Shown piece by piece: positions 20,535 through 30,171 of a DNA stretch of 64,000 bases (position 1 is the first letter of the stretch; the number at the start of each line of letters is the position of its first letter). A program made the translations under genes and the position numbers. The notes below the pieces were generated by a model. The model was not told where the DNA came from. It worked only from the letters and a program-made list of their open reading frames with translations, and made no database searches. Source of the stretch: Obrimoposthia wandeli (lineage: Eukaryota); assembly GCA_977020255.1 (NCBI GenBank), contig CDROCS010000506.1:806001-870000 (forward strand). The letters run 5' to 3'.

Positions 20535-21632
20535 ATGAATAAATTATTCCAAAGCACGACCCTAAAACAATTAGACTTACAAAATCGCGTCGTAATGGCA
20601 CCAATGACCCGAGCACGTACTACCCAACCAGGCAATATACCCAATGAATTGATGGCAACTTATTACAAGCAACGTGCCAATGCCGGATTAATCATTTCTG
20701 AAGCCACGCAAATTTCTGATGATTCACAAGGTTATTCATTCACACCGGGCGTTTATACCGATGAACACGTTAAGGGCTGGCAACCGATCACCCGCGCTGT
20801 CCATGAACAAGGTGCTGCCATGTTTTGTCAGTTATGGCATGTAGGCCGCGTTTCTCATCCAACATTTCAACATGGTGAGTTACCTATCGCACCCTCTGCA
20901 CTCGCGCCAATTGAAACTAAAGTATGGATATCTGACGACCAAGGTAATGGCAATATGGTTGATTGCATTCAGCCTCGCGAGATGACTCAAGCAGACATAA
21001 CACGCGTAATCAAAGACTTTGCTTATTCAGCTAAGCGTGCTGTAGAAGCTGGTTTTGATGGTGTAGAGATCCACGGTGGTAATGGTTATCTTATCGATCA
21101 GTTCTTACGTACAAATTCGAACAAACGTGTGGACAAATATGGTGGCACAAATAGTAACCGCATCCGTTTTCTATTAGAAGTTGTTGATGCTGTGATTGCA
21201 GAAATTGGCGCTGATAAAGTCGGTGTACGTCTTGCACCCTTTATCACATTTAAAGACATGAACTGCCCAGAGATTGTGCCTACAATCCTTGAAGCATCAG
21301 AAGAACTACAAGCACGTGACATCGCTTACATGCATTTATCTGAAGCAGATTGGGATGACGCACCAGTAATTCCAGAAAGCTTCCGTATTGAACTACGAAA
21401 TCTTTTCACAAATACCATCATTGTCGCGGGCAGTTATACGCAAGAACGTGCCGAAGAAATATTAACTAAAGGCTACGCGGATTTAATCGCCTTCGGCCGC
21501 CCATTCGTCTCAAACCCCGATTTAGTATCACGCTTGCAGCACAGTTACGCACTAGCAGATCTTGACGGCGCGACATTGTTTGGTGGTAATGCTGCTGGTT
21601 ATATTGACTATCCAACTTATGCCGAAATCTAA
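20535..21632 (+). CDS. nemA: Alkene reductase / Old Yellow Enzyme (N-ethylmaleimide reductase-like)
   Basis: NRVVMAPMTR, QLWHVGR, EIHGGNGYLIDQF, YGG...NRIRF, FGRPFVSNPDL. Confidence 0.92.
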   Translation: MNKLFQSTTLKQLDLQNRVVMAPMTRARTTQPGNIPNELMATYYKQRANAGLIISEATQISDDSQGYSFTPGVYTDEHVKGWQPITRAVHEQGAAMFCQLWHVGRVSHPTFQHGELPIAPSALAPIETKVWISDDQGNGNMVDCIQPREMTQADITRVIKDFAYSAKRAVEAGFDGVEIHGGNGYLIDQFLRTNSNKRVDKYGGTNSNRIRFLLEVVDAVIAEIGADKVGVRLAPFITFKDMNCPEIVPTILEASEELQARDIAYMHLSEADWDDAPVIPESFRIELRNLFTNTIIVAGSYTQERAEEILTKGYADLIAFGRPFVSNPDLVSRLQHSYALADLDGATLFGGNAAGYIDYPTYAEI

Positions 21633-21643
21633 TTAATCACAAA

Positions 21644-21674
21644 TAAAGCCAGTTAATTAGTACTGGCTTTTTTA
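21644..21674. terminator. Terminator after nemA
   Basis: AAAGCCAGT...ACTGGCTTTTTT. Confidence 0.75.
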
Positions 21675-21683
21675 GGATCTAAA

Positions 21684-22214
21684 ATGCACAAGAATAAAGG
21701 TTTTACCCTCATTGAATTAGTGATTGTCATTATTATTTTGGGGGTATTGTCTGCAACGGCAATACCAAAGTTTCTTAATATTGGCACCGATGCTAAAAAT
21801 GCAACATTGCAGAGTATGCAAGGATCATTAAATGATGCCATTGAATTGTCATACGCTAAATTAGCCATTCATGGTAAAGAGGCTACTAGTATACTAATAG
21901 GTAAGGATGTGGGCGACATTATTGCAGGCTGTGACGATTGTATTTTTTATTATGGCCGGCCACAATTAGGTATCAAAACATTATCGGTGTTGATTGATGG
22001 CATAAATCCAGATAACGACGGCGACTTTGTACTGACAACGTCTATTTCATCTACTGCTGGGAATGTAAATTCGAATTATGCTTATATTACCTTGCCAGAA
22101 AATATGGATAGCAGTGGCAATATAATTGACCTATCCTGCTATATAAAGTATTCACAAGGCGGCTACTCAGCAACAGTAGCAAAACCAGAACTAACATTCA
22201 AAGAATGTAAGTAA
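21684..22214 (+). CDS. MshA-like type IV pilin / prepilin
   Basis: Class III signal KG^FTLIELVIVIIILGVLSATAIPKF; MSHA-type alpha-helix; C-terminal cysteines. Confidence 0.85.
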   Translation: MHKNKGFTLIELVIVIIILGVLSATAIPKFLNIGTDAKNATLQSMQGSLNDAIELSYAKLAIHGKEATSILIGKDVGDIIAGCDDCIFYYGRPQLGIKTLSVLIDGINPDNDGDFVLTTSISSTAGNVNSNYAYITLPENMDSSGNIIDLSCYIKYSQGGYSATVAKPELTFKECK

Positions 22215-22276
22215 TAGCCGGAAATAATAAAGGCTCACATCAGTAAGCCTTATTATGCATTAAATGTAATCTGCTG

Positions 22277-22933
22277 CTATTTACTCACCGCCAAATACGC
22301 GCCTGCGGCGATCATAATACTACCTGCGCCACGGTTTAATCGCTGATGCGCCACAGGTGTTTTTAACATTCCAGCCATGCGGCTAGCACCAAAAGCAATC
22401 AACATTAACCCTGACATTAAAGCGATAGCCGACAATACAGACACTAAGGCAATATCTTGCGCCTTTAATACCGTCAAATCGATAAACGTCGGTAAAAATG
22501 AAATATAAAATAGGATCACTTTCGGGTTCGATGCTGAAATTAGAAAGCCCTGAGTAAAACTCGCTAACATCGACTCTGCTTTCTGCGCATCTGCTTCAGC
22601 TTGAATATCATCTTTAATCTGCGGTAAGGCTTTAATCATCTTATAACCAAGATAAATCAAATAACCGGCACCAATATAACGAATAGCAGTAAATACTTCA
22701 GACCAATTTTCAGCAATAGTAGCAAGACCAAAGCAAGCTAAAATTAAATAAATCACATCACTACCGATCATGCCCATTGCCAGCATGATACATTTTTTAG
22801 GACCTTCAACCATCGCACGAGCCAAAATGGCAAATACACCAGGCCCAGGCGTAATACCAAAAATAAATATCGCGATAAAAAATGTAACTGCAGACTCAAA
22901 GGACATCAATAATTCTCTCTCTAAAAACAACAA
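22277..22933 (-). CDS. LysE/RhtB family translocator
   Basis: ITPGPG, GFLISASNPKVILFY, LNRGAG; likely start MSFESA. Confidence 0.9.
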   Translation of the reverse strand: MLFLERELLMSFESAVTFFIAIFIFGITPGPGVFAILARAMVEGPKKCIMLAMGMIGSDVIYLILACFGLATIAENWSEVFTAIRYIGAGYLIYLGYKMIKALPQIKDDIQAEADAQKAESMLASFTQGFLISASNPKVILFYISFLPTFIDLTVLKAQDIALVSVLSAIALMSGLMLIAFGASRMAGMLKTPVAHQRLNRGAGSIMIAAGAYLAVSK

Positions 22934-22944
22934 CTAAATACTAA

Positions 22945-22992
22945 CTAAGTAATGGCCTAAGTAATGACCGAAGTAATGACCGAAGTAATGAT
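22945..22992. repeat. Four tandem 12-bp repeats (CTAAGTAATGGC, CTAAGTAATGAC, CGAAGTAATGAC, CGAAGTAATGAT)
   Basis: Read directly, upstream of the LysE gene. Confidence 0.85.
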
Positions 22993-23142
22993 TAAGTTTA
23001 ATAACGTATTTTATTAAAGTGGACTGTATCATAGCGACTCGTCCAGTCTCAAAAATTAATGATGATTAAGCATAATTAATTATTATTAATATGCAAAAAC
23101 GTACGAACCCAACTTTAACATCGGTTATTTAAACCCATAGAC

Positions 23143-23418
23143 TTACTCAAAAATTTCATAATGCCGTTGTACATTGGCTGTAGCTTTAGCCCAGGCTGAA
23201 CCTTTTACTCTGGTTTGATGTTGTTCAAAAGCCGCTTTATTAATAAATTCTTCATAGACCTCGAAGCGATTAAGATTAATCTCTGACAGCGTGACATTAA
23301 ACAGTAAACACCCCGGTTCATTACGCGTCAGTTCTTTATGACTAATAAGTGCTTTCTTCACTGCAGGCAGGTCCACTGTTGGGACAATAATAAATCCTTT
23401 TAGAATAACTTTTTTCAT
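23143..23418 (-). CDS. ABM-family putative quinol monooxygenase
   Basis: TRNEPGCLLFNV, FEVYEEF, AAFEQH. Confidence 0.82.
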   Translation of the reverse strand: MKKVILKGFIIVPTVDLPAVKKALISHKELTRNEPGCLLFNVTLSEINLNRFEVYEEFINKAAFEQHQTRVKGSAWAKATANVQRHYEIFE

Positions 23419-23522
23419 CTTTAGCTCCTGATACGCTTAAAATAAATAATCCTCAATCTAAAATATAACGTAATAGCGCCTGTTTACATTACCAGGTCTG
23501 ATTTTTGCGATCTGCCTAAAAC

Positions 23523-23556
23523 AAAAAACGGCCTCAAACATACATTTGAGGCCGTT
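23523..23556 (-). terminator. Terminator of BCCT copy 1; same stem-loop as the copy 2 terminator
   Basis: AAAAAACGGCCTCAAACATACATTTGAGGCCGTT. Confidence 0.88.
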
Positions 23557-23601
23557 GGCATTTATTCTATTAAGCTTTACGCTTAACTTAACGCTAAATC
23601 A

Positions 23602-25200
23602 TTACTTGTATAAATGACGCTCTGAGTTCAAGCCTTTAATTAAGCTCACACACATAAGCAGCAATACAAACGTAAATGGTAGCGCGGTGATAGTCACACC
23701 CGCTTGTAACGCTTGCAGTGCTTCAGAACCACCAATCCATAACATAACACCAGCAATAGTACCTTCTACTACAGCCCAGAATATACGCTGTGGTACAGGT
23801 GCATCAATCTTACCGCCAGACGTGATGCTGTCGATTACCAGTGAACCCGAATCTGATGATGTAATGAAGAAGATTAATACTAAAATAATCGACAATACTG
23901 ATAGTACATCACCATACGGCAGTGCATCGTATACGTGGAATAAAGATAATGATAAATCAGTTAAGCCATTAGCGCCCAATTCACCCACTTTATTCACGAC
24001 TTGATCGATAGCAATACCACCGAATGTCGCCATCCAAACTAACGTTACTAACGTTGGTACAAAGACTACTGCAGACAAGAATTCACGTACAGTACGGCCT
24101 TTAGAAATACGCGCAATGAACATACCTACGAATGGTGACCATGAAATCCACCAAGCCCAGTAAAATACAGTCCAACCTTGCATCCAAGCAGTATCTTCAC
24201 GACCATGCGGATTACTTAAACCAATAAAGTTTTGGCCATAAGCAATTAAGGTTTCAGGAATTGCGACAGTGACAACATCAAAGCCAATAACCAATACAAA
24301 AAGCAATAAGGCAAAAGCAAATACCATATTGATATTACTCAATACTTTAACGCCGCCATCAATACCACGGATAACCGAGAAGATTGCAATTAAGGTTACA
24401 AAGGCAATCACAATCAACTGCATGCCAATGCCACCATCAGTACCAAATACATGATTGATACCACTTGTCGCTTGCTGTGCACCTAGACCTAGCGATGTCG
24501 CAAGACCAAATAGCGTTGCAAGAACAGCTAAGATATCAATAATGTGACCAGCCCAACCCCAAGCTCTATCACCAATAATCGGATAGAAAACAGAACGAAT
24601 TGAAAGAGGAAGACCTTTGTTATAAGCAAAGAAAGCCAACGCAAGCGCTACGATACCGTAGATAGCCCAACCGTGGATACCCCAGTTATAAATTGTTGCT
24701 GCAAGTGCTAATGACTTTGCTTCAGCAGTTAACGGTTCAACATTAAATGGTGTTCCCCACCAATTAGTGAAATAAGCCGTTGGTTCTGCAACACCCCAGA
24801 ACAGTAGACCGATACCCATACCACCAGCAAATAACATTGCTAGCCACGAGATCGTTGAATGTTCAGATTTTGCATCTTTACCACCAATACGGATCTTGCC
24901 AAACGGCGATACGATTAATACGGCAATAAAAAAGACGAAGAAGTTAGTTGACCACATAAAGAAGCTATCGAAATCAGCTAAAATGCCATTTTTAATAGTA
25001 TTTAATGTTTCTTTTGCGGTTGCTGGGTCTACTAGGAGGAGTGCTGAAAGGAAGAAGAGAATAAGGCCGGCACTGATACCGAACACAGGGTTATGTATAT
25101 CGAAACCCCATTTTTGTACATTATCTTGACCAACTTGGTAATCAGTGGTTTCAATACTGTATTTATTTGACGTACTATTTTTGTTTAACGAGCTATCCAT
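23602..25200 (-). CDS. BCCT (betaine/carnitine/choline) transporter, copy 1
   Basis: SWLAMLFAGGMGIGLLFWGVAEP, GWTVFYWAWWISWSPFVGMFIARISKGRTVREF, FFITSSDSG. Confidence 0.95.
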   Translation of the reverse strand: MDSSLNKNSTSNKYSIETTDYQVGQDNVQKWGFDIHNPVFGISAGLILFFLSALLLVDPATAKETLNTIKNGILADFDSFFMWSTNFFVFFIAVLIVSPFGKIRIGGKDAKSEHSTISWLAMLFAGGMGIGLLFWGVAEPTAYFTNWWGTPFNVEPLTAEAKSLALAATIYNWGIHGWAIYGIVALALAFFAYNKGLPLSIRSVFYPIIGDRAWGWAGHIIDILAVLATLFGLATSLGLGAQQATSGINHVFGTDGGIGMQLIVIAFVTLIAIFSVIRGIDGGVKVLSNINMVFAFALLLFVLVIGFDVVTVAIPETLIAYGQNFIGLSNPHGREDTAWMQGWTVFYWAWWISWSPFVGMFIARISKGRTVREFLSAVVFVPTLVTLVWMATFGGIAIDQVVNKVGELGANGLTDLSLSLFHVYDALPYGDVLSVLSIILVLIFFITSSDSGSLVIDSITSGGKIDAPVPQRIFWAVVEGTIAGVMLWIGGSEALQALQAGVTITALPFTFVLLLMCVSLIKGLNSERHLYK

Positions 25201-25487
25201 AAGTTATGCTGAGCATATATCCTGCAATACTTTTTAATCGAAAAGTAAAAACGAAAGGGTCATTAGTTAAAGCCATAATGAACCAAGTTATAAAAATCGG
25301 TTGAAAGAGTAGCAAAAAATATGGCAAAACTCAAATAACCGCCGCTTGAACTTTATTTTAATCGAAAAATTAGTTTTGGGATATAAACATATATAAAGAA
25401 CTGTAGGAGAATTATTGTACTTATATATAAATTATTTTTATCGTGAATAATAAGCTCATAATCAACAGTCGAAATAATACTAATAAG

Positions 25488-26597
25488 TTAATAGTACTGA
25501 TAATTACTCGAGTTACCTTCTTTTAGTCCTTTCGCCACATACATTGCAGAATCGGCAGTTAAAAATAATTTATTTACCGTATTCACCTCCTCTGATGAAA
25601 AAGAAATACCTATCGCAGAACCAACACAGACTATATGACCATCTATATTAATCGGTTGCTGTATCTGCTCTATGATCCGCTCAACAATCGTATCCACGTT
25701 TGTACGGTTACCGTAATCACACAAAATAAGAATAAATTCGTCACCACCAATACGAGAGAAAATATCCTCGCCACCAATACTATAGGACACTCTTTTTGCA
25801 ATCGTTTGCAATACTTCATCGCCGGTGTGGTGACCTAATGTATCGTTTATCTGTTTAAATCCATTCAGATCAATAAAAAAACAACATAGCGATTTTTTCT
25901 TTTGCATTTTTAACGTGATCAATTCAACACAACGCTTTCTATTCGGGAGCAGTGTTAACGCATCTATATTTGACTGTTCTTGCGTTCGTTTAAAGTTCAG
26001 ATACGTCACTGACCAAACGGTAATTAACAAGGTTACAATAAACAATGCACTATAGATAATGTATAACAGTCGCTGCTGGTTACGATTAACCTCGTCAGTA
26101 AAAAGGTTAAGATCACTGCCTTTCAATTCAAAAAATACAATCTTGTCATGGCCTAATTTTAATTGTTCAATAACCTTTAATATATCCGGATATTGATTAA
26201 CCGTTTTTTCTTCAGCCAAAATCGGCAACGCTACCTCATCTAATTTAACGATGTTTTCTTGCAAAGTATTAATCGCATAACGTTGTAATAAAGGCGATAT
26301 TTTTTCATCGAACGCTAAGTATTCATAACTCACAATTAAAAAATCTAATTTTTCTAATATGTCCTCGTTATCGCTTTTATTTAAATATATCGCCTTTTTT
26401 ATTTGTGCTTCAAATAGTGACAGTTCCTTGCCAAAATACCAAGTCCCCCAATATGATGCTCGTATCGACTCCACATTTCGCATGACATCTTTATTACTCT
26501 GCTCATATCTCAACGTAATAAAGCCAGCTAAACACAGTTCAAACAATATGATGACAGTCAAAGGCAACCACATTGCCGCAGTACACTTATTTTTCAT
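25488..26597 (-). CDS. Membrane diguanylate cyclase (two TM helices, periplasmic sensor, GGDEF)
   Basis: IDALTLLPNR, FIDLNGFKQINDTLGHHTGDEVL, RIGGDEF, AD.AMY.AK; no RxxD I-site; the ATG at 26597 overlaps the upstream stop codon. Confidence 0.9.
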   Translation of the reverse strand: MKNKCTAAMWLPLTVIILFELCLAGFITLRYEQSNKDVMRNVESIRASYWGTWYFGKELSLFEAQIKKAIYLNKSDNEDILEKLDFLIVSYEYLAFDEKISPLLQRYAINTLQENIVKLDEVALPILAEEKTVNQYPDILKVIEQLKLGHDKIVFFELKGSDLNLFTDEVNRNQQRLLYIIYSALFIVTLLITVWSVTYLNFKRTQEQSNIDALTLLPNRKRCVELITLKMQKKKSLCCFFIDLNGFKQINDTLGHHTGDEVLQTIAKRVSYSIGGEDIFSRIGGDEFILILCDYGNRTNVDTIVERIIEQIQQPINIDGHIVCVGSAIGISFSSEEVNTVNKLFLTADSAMYVAKGLKEGNSSNYQYY

Positions 26598-27102
26598 CAA
26601 GCTTAATTCCACAATTAATATCGATCCTTTCAACAAACCAAACTAGGTTAATCACAATATCTAATTCATGAATATCATCGATATTAACAGCACTCAAATC
26701 ACGCATTAATACGAGCGGCCCCTTCTGCCTTCGAGTTATCATTTCATCATTAATGGCATAAGCAAGCATGTACTTATGTTGCTGTAATTCTGCTGCAGAT
26801 ATCTGCACACTGTAATCATTCTTTGCATGTACATTTATCGTATCTAAGCTACTACCGTCAACACGCTTGATGATATCTTCAAGATAAACCCCTGAGTAGC
26901 GATGTGCCTGCTTTTTCCAAGGTAATAATGTCGTTATTTCAGTACTCTGTAAGGCTTTAAACGCTGGCATCGTAAAGCTTACACCTTGCTTGTTTTTACA
27001 GTTACTCACGCTGAAAACTGTTTTATCACTGCCGTACGAAAAGAACGTAATCAATGTTAACAACACACTGATTAGCCTGATTATAAAAACATTATTTTTC
27101 AT
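26587..27102 (-). CDS. Periplasmic molybdopterin-oxidoreductase-like (SUOX-fold) protein, PruR-like putative pterin receptor
   Basis: Signal peptide MKNNVFIIRL...YG; TTLLPW, YSGVYL, HAKNDY, KGPL, LVWFV; start placed at ATG 27102 behind an AAGG RBS. Confidence 0.75.
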   Translation of the reverse strand: MKNNVFIIRLISVLLTLITFFSYGSDKTVFSVSNCKNKQGVSFTMPAFKALQSTEITTLLPWKKQAHRYSGVYLEDIIKRVDGSSLDTINVHAKNDYSVQISAAELQQHKYMLAYAINDEMITRRQKGPLVLMRDLSAVNIDDIHELDIVINLVWFVERIDINCGIKLDEK

Positions 27103-27275
27103 GCTTACCTTCTTCATTATTGTCAATATATAAGCTTTTAATGGTTTTAACTTCAGGTAAGGAAAGGACAAATGTATCGACCAAACTGAGCTCAAGATGC
27201 TTGCCAGATTCACTTATAATAAGCGTTTCTGCTTGTGCACATGCTTTCTTATAAGCTCTTTCCGAGGTCAGCGCA

Positions 27276-27992
27276 TCAAACACATGACATCACACTTAAT
27301 GACTCTCGCGGATCTCGAACACTTAAATCGACATTATCTAAGATACAGCACAGGCCTGCGAAATCAGTGATATAGACACTGCTCCTTTCGAGTTCGATAT
27401 AACCTAAGCTTTCCAGTTGCTTTAGCGCTTCATTTACCCGTTGACGGGCAATACCGATAATCATGCTGATCTGCTGCTGTGAAATGGCAATTTTAGGGAT
27501 TGCGCCTTTAATTATTTTTTGGTGCATGGCTAACTCAATCAACAAATAACTAATTTTTATTAGTTTATTTTCAGATGAAAGTAGTTGTGATTGACGCCAT
27601 TTCCGCTGTGAAGCATTCACGACATGGTATAGCCATTTCACCACTTCTAAATCATCGTCCATTAAAATATTCAATTGATTTCGTGGAAAAAAAATTAAAT
27701 TAAGCGGTTCTATTTCTGATAATGAAAATGCCACTAAATTATTTTCTACCGATTGGCAATCTCCAAACCATTCTTGCTTTCCCATTACCATGCTGTTTAC
27801 TGTTTTTAAATTACGAGATTGCATGCAAATAGCAGCATTACCTTGGTATATATAACAAACACCATCAGAAAATATCTGCCGGTTATCCGTAAATTCCGTT
27901 TTACACTGTGCGATTTTAATTAATTTACGTTTAGTATTATTGGACAATGTAGTTGGCCAAATGATTGTTTTGGCGATCTCCAGTTGGATCAA
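27276..27992 (-). CDS. Crp/Fnr family transcriptional regulator
   Basis: cNMP-fold (EWFGD) and C-terminal HTH ISQQQISMIIGIARQRVNEALKQLE; TTG start. Confidence 0.85.
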   Translation of the reverse strand: MIQLEIAKTIIWPTTLSNNTKRKLIKIAQCKTEFTDNRQIFSDGVCYIYQGNAAICMQSRNLKTVNSMVMGKQEWFGDCQSVENNLVAFSLSEIEPLNLIFFPRNQLNILMDDDLEVVKWLYHVVNASQRKWRQSQLLSSENKLIKISYLLIELAMHQKIIKGAIPKIAISQQQISMIIGIARQRVNEALKQLESLGYIELERSSVYITDFAGLCCILDNVDLSVRDPRESLSVMSCV

Positions 27993-28126
27993 TTTATATA
28001 ACCTTTAATGTTTAATGTTGCATGCCTATCTCGCTTCAATTTATAACGTTTTTATTAAAACGATTGAAACCAAATACAGTGATATTAGGAATTGGTTTAA
28101 CACTAACATTGAAAGTTATATCCTTT

Positions 28127-28142
28127 TGTCCGCTGGCGGACA
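28127..28142. promoter_or_regulatory. Perfect palindrome TGTCCGC-TG-GCGGACA, a putative operator
   Basis: 7-bp inverted repeat with TGTCC-N6-GGACA geometry, about 135 bp upstream of the Crp/Fnr gene. Confidence 0.45.
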
Positions 28143-28298
28143 CAGCGTTTAGACAACAATCGAACAATCATCAATAAAGGCGATATCATTCCTATAGAGG
28201 TAGACATAACGATGGGAAATAAAGGCAGGCGCCGTAGTTGATAGCCGTATTAGCGGTCAGCATGAGATAACAATAGTGAAAAGGATATTCGCAGACAT

Positions 28299-28333
28299 AA
28301 AAAAACGGCCTCAAACATACATTTGAGGCCGTT
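28299..28333 (-). terminator. Terminator of BCCT copy 2
   Basis: Same stem-loop sequence as 23523-23556. Confidence 0.88.
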
Positions 28334-28380
28334 GATATTACTCATTTTTGATCATGAGTAACTATTGGTAACCAAAGTCA

Positions 28381-29994
28381 TTATTTATATAAATGATACT
28401 CTGAGTTTAAACCTTTTATGATACTCACACACATCACTAGCATTAACAATGCGAATGGTAGTCCGGTCGTTACAACACCCGCTTGTAGAGCTTGTAGCGC
28501 ATCAGTACCGCCGATCCAAAGCATAGTCGCAGCAATTGAACCTTGTATCACAGCCCAGAAAATACGCTGTGGAACAGGGGCATCAACTTTACCGCCCGAC
28601 GTAATACTGTCAACCACTAGCGAAGCAGAATCTGATGACGTAATAAAGAAGATTAATACCAATATAATCGATAATACTGACAACACTTTGCCATACGGTA
28701 ATACATCGTATACGTGGAATAATGATAACGAAATATCAGTCAAACCATTAATACCAAGCTCACCCACTTTATTCATAACTTGATCGATAGCAATACCACC
28801 GAACGTCGCCATCCATATCAACGTCACTAACGTTGGTACAAAGATCACGGCACACAAGAATTCACGTACTGTACGACCTTTAGAGATACGCGCAATGAAC
28901 ATACCTACGAATGGACCTAATGAAATCCACCATGCAAAGTAGAATACCGTCCAACCTTGCATCCATGATAGATCGTCACGGCCATGCGGGTTACTTAAAG
29001 CCACAAAGTTTTCAGCGTAAGCAATGAAGGTTTCAGGAATCGTTACTATGATCACATCAAAACTAATAATCAAAACAAAGATTAATAGTCCAAATGCAAA
29101 CACCATATTGATGTTACTCAATATTTTAACACCGCCGTTAATACCACGCATTACAGAGAATATTGCGACTAAAGTAACAAGTACAATAACAACTAACTGT
29201 AAGCCAAGACCGCCTTCAGTACCAAATACATGATTGATACCACTCGCCGCTTGTTGTGCACCTAAACCAAGTGATGTAGCTAACGAGAATAACGTAGCAA
29301 GTACAGCCATGATATCAACAAGGTGACCAGTCCAGCCCCACGCACGATCACCAATGATCGGATAGAATACCGAACGAATAGATAGTGGCAAACCTTTGTT
29401 AAAAGAAAAGAAAGCCAGAGCAAGTCCAACTACGCCATAAACAGCCCAGCCGTGGATACCCCAGTTATAAACTGTTGCCGCCAGCGCTAATGATCTTGCT
29501 TCAGCGGTGAATGGTTCAACATTTAATGGCGTTCCCCACCAATTGGTGAAATAAGCTGTTGGTTCAGCAACACCCCAAAACAATAGACCAATGCCCATAC
29601 CAGCAGCAAATAACATCGTCAACCAAGAGATAGTTGAATGATCTGTTTTAGCTTCTTTACCACCAATTCGGATTTTACCAAACGGTGATATAATCAGTAA
29701 CATAGTGAAAGCAACAAAGAAATTTGTTGACCACATGAAGACCACATCAAATTCTGCCATGATGCTATTTCTAACATTAGTTAGAACTTCTTTTGCGGTG
29801 GATGGTTCTACAAAGAGGAGGGCTGCAATGAGGATGAAGATTAAACCGGCGCTAATACCGAATACAGTATTATGTATATCGAAGCCCCACTTTTGAATGT
29901 TATCTTGACCGACTTGGTAGTCCGTGGTCTCAATACTATATTTATTTAACTGACTATTTTTTAACTGGTTACTTGTTTTAAACGCACTATCCAT
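28381..29994 (-). CDS. BCCT transporter, copy 2 (paralog of 23602-25200)
   Basis: Same BCCT motifs; GWTVFYFAWWISLGPFVG; long stretches identical to copy 1. Confidence 0.95.
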   Translation of the reverse strand: MDSAFKTSNQLKNSQLNKYSIETTDYQVGQDNIQKWGFDIHNTVFGISAGLIFILIAALLFVEPSTAKEVLTNVRNSIMAEFDVVFMWSTNFFVAFTMLLIISPFGKIRIGGKEAKTDHSTISWLTMLFAAGMGIGLLFWGVAEPTAYFTNWWGTPLNVEPFTAEARSLALAATVYNWGIHGWAVYGVVGLALAFFSFNKGLPLSIRSVFYPIIGDRAWGWTGHLVDIMAVLATLFSLATSLGLGAQQAASGINHVFGTEGGLGLQLVVIVLVTLVAIFSVMRGINGGVKILSNINMVFAFGLLIFVLIISFDVIIVTIPETFIAYAENFVALSNPHGRDDLSWMQGWTVFYFAWWISLGPFVGMFIARISKGRTVREFLCAVIFVPTLVTLIWMATFGGIAIDQVMNKVGELGINGLTDISLSLFHVYDVLPYGKVLSVLSIILVLIFFITSSDSASLVVDSITSGGKVDAPVPQRIFWAVIQGSIAATMLWIGGTDALQALQAGVVTTGLPFALLMLVMCVSIIKGLNSEYHLYK

Positions 29995-30171
29995 AAATTA
30001 TGCTAAGCATATATCCTGCAATACTTTTGATCGAAAAGTAAAAACGAATGGCCCATCGACGAAACATCAATGACACCAATAAATAAAACGCTTCGCAGGG
30101 TAACAACAACCGAACTAAAGTTCAAATAAATATATTCCAGCTTAATCACCAGAAATTTGTTTAATTATATT

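Noticed and set aside
23687-29896. Similar antisense ORFs in both BCCT genes (23687, 24269, 24896 vs 28418, 29024, 29705)
   Set aside because: Their similarity follows from the paralogy and codon bias of the sense genes; they are shadow ORFs
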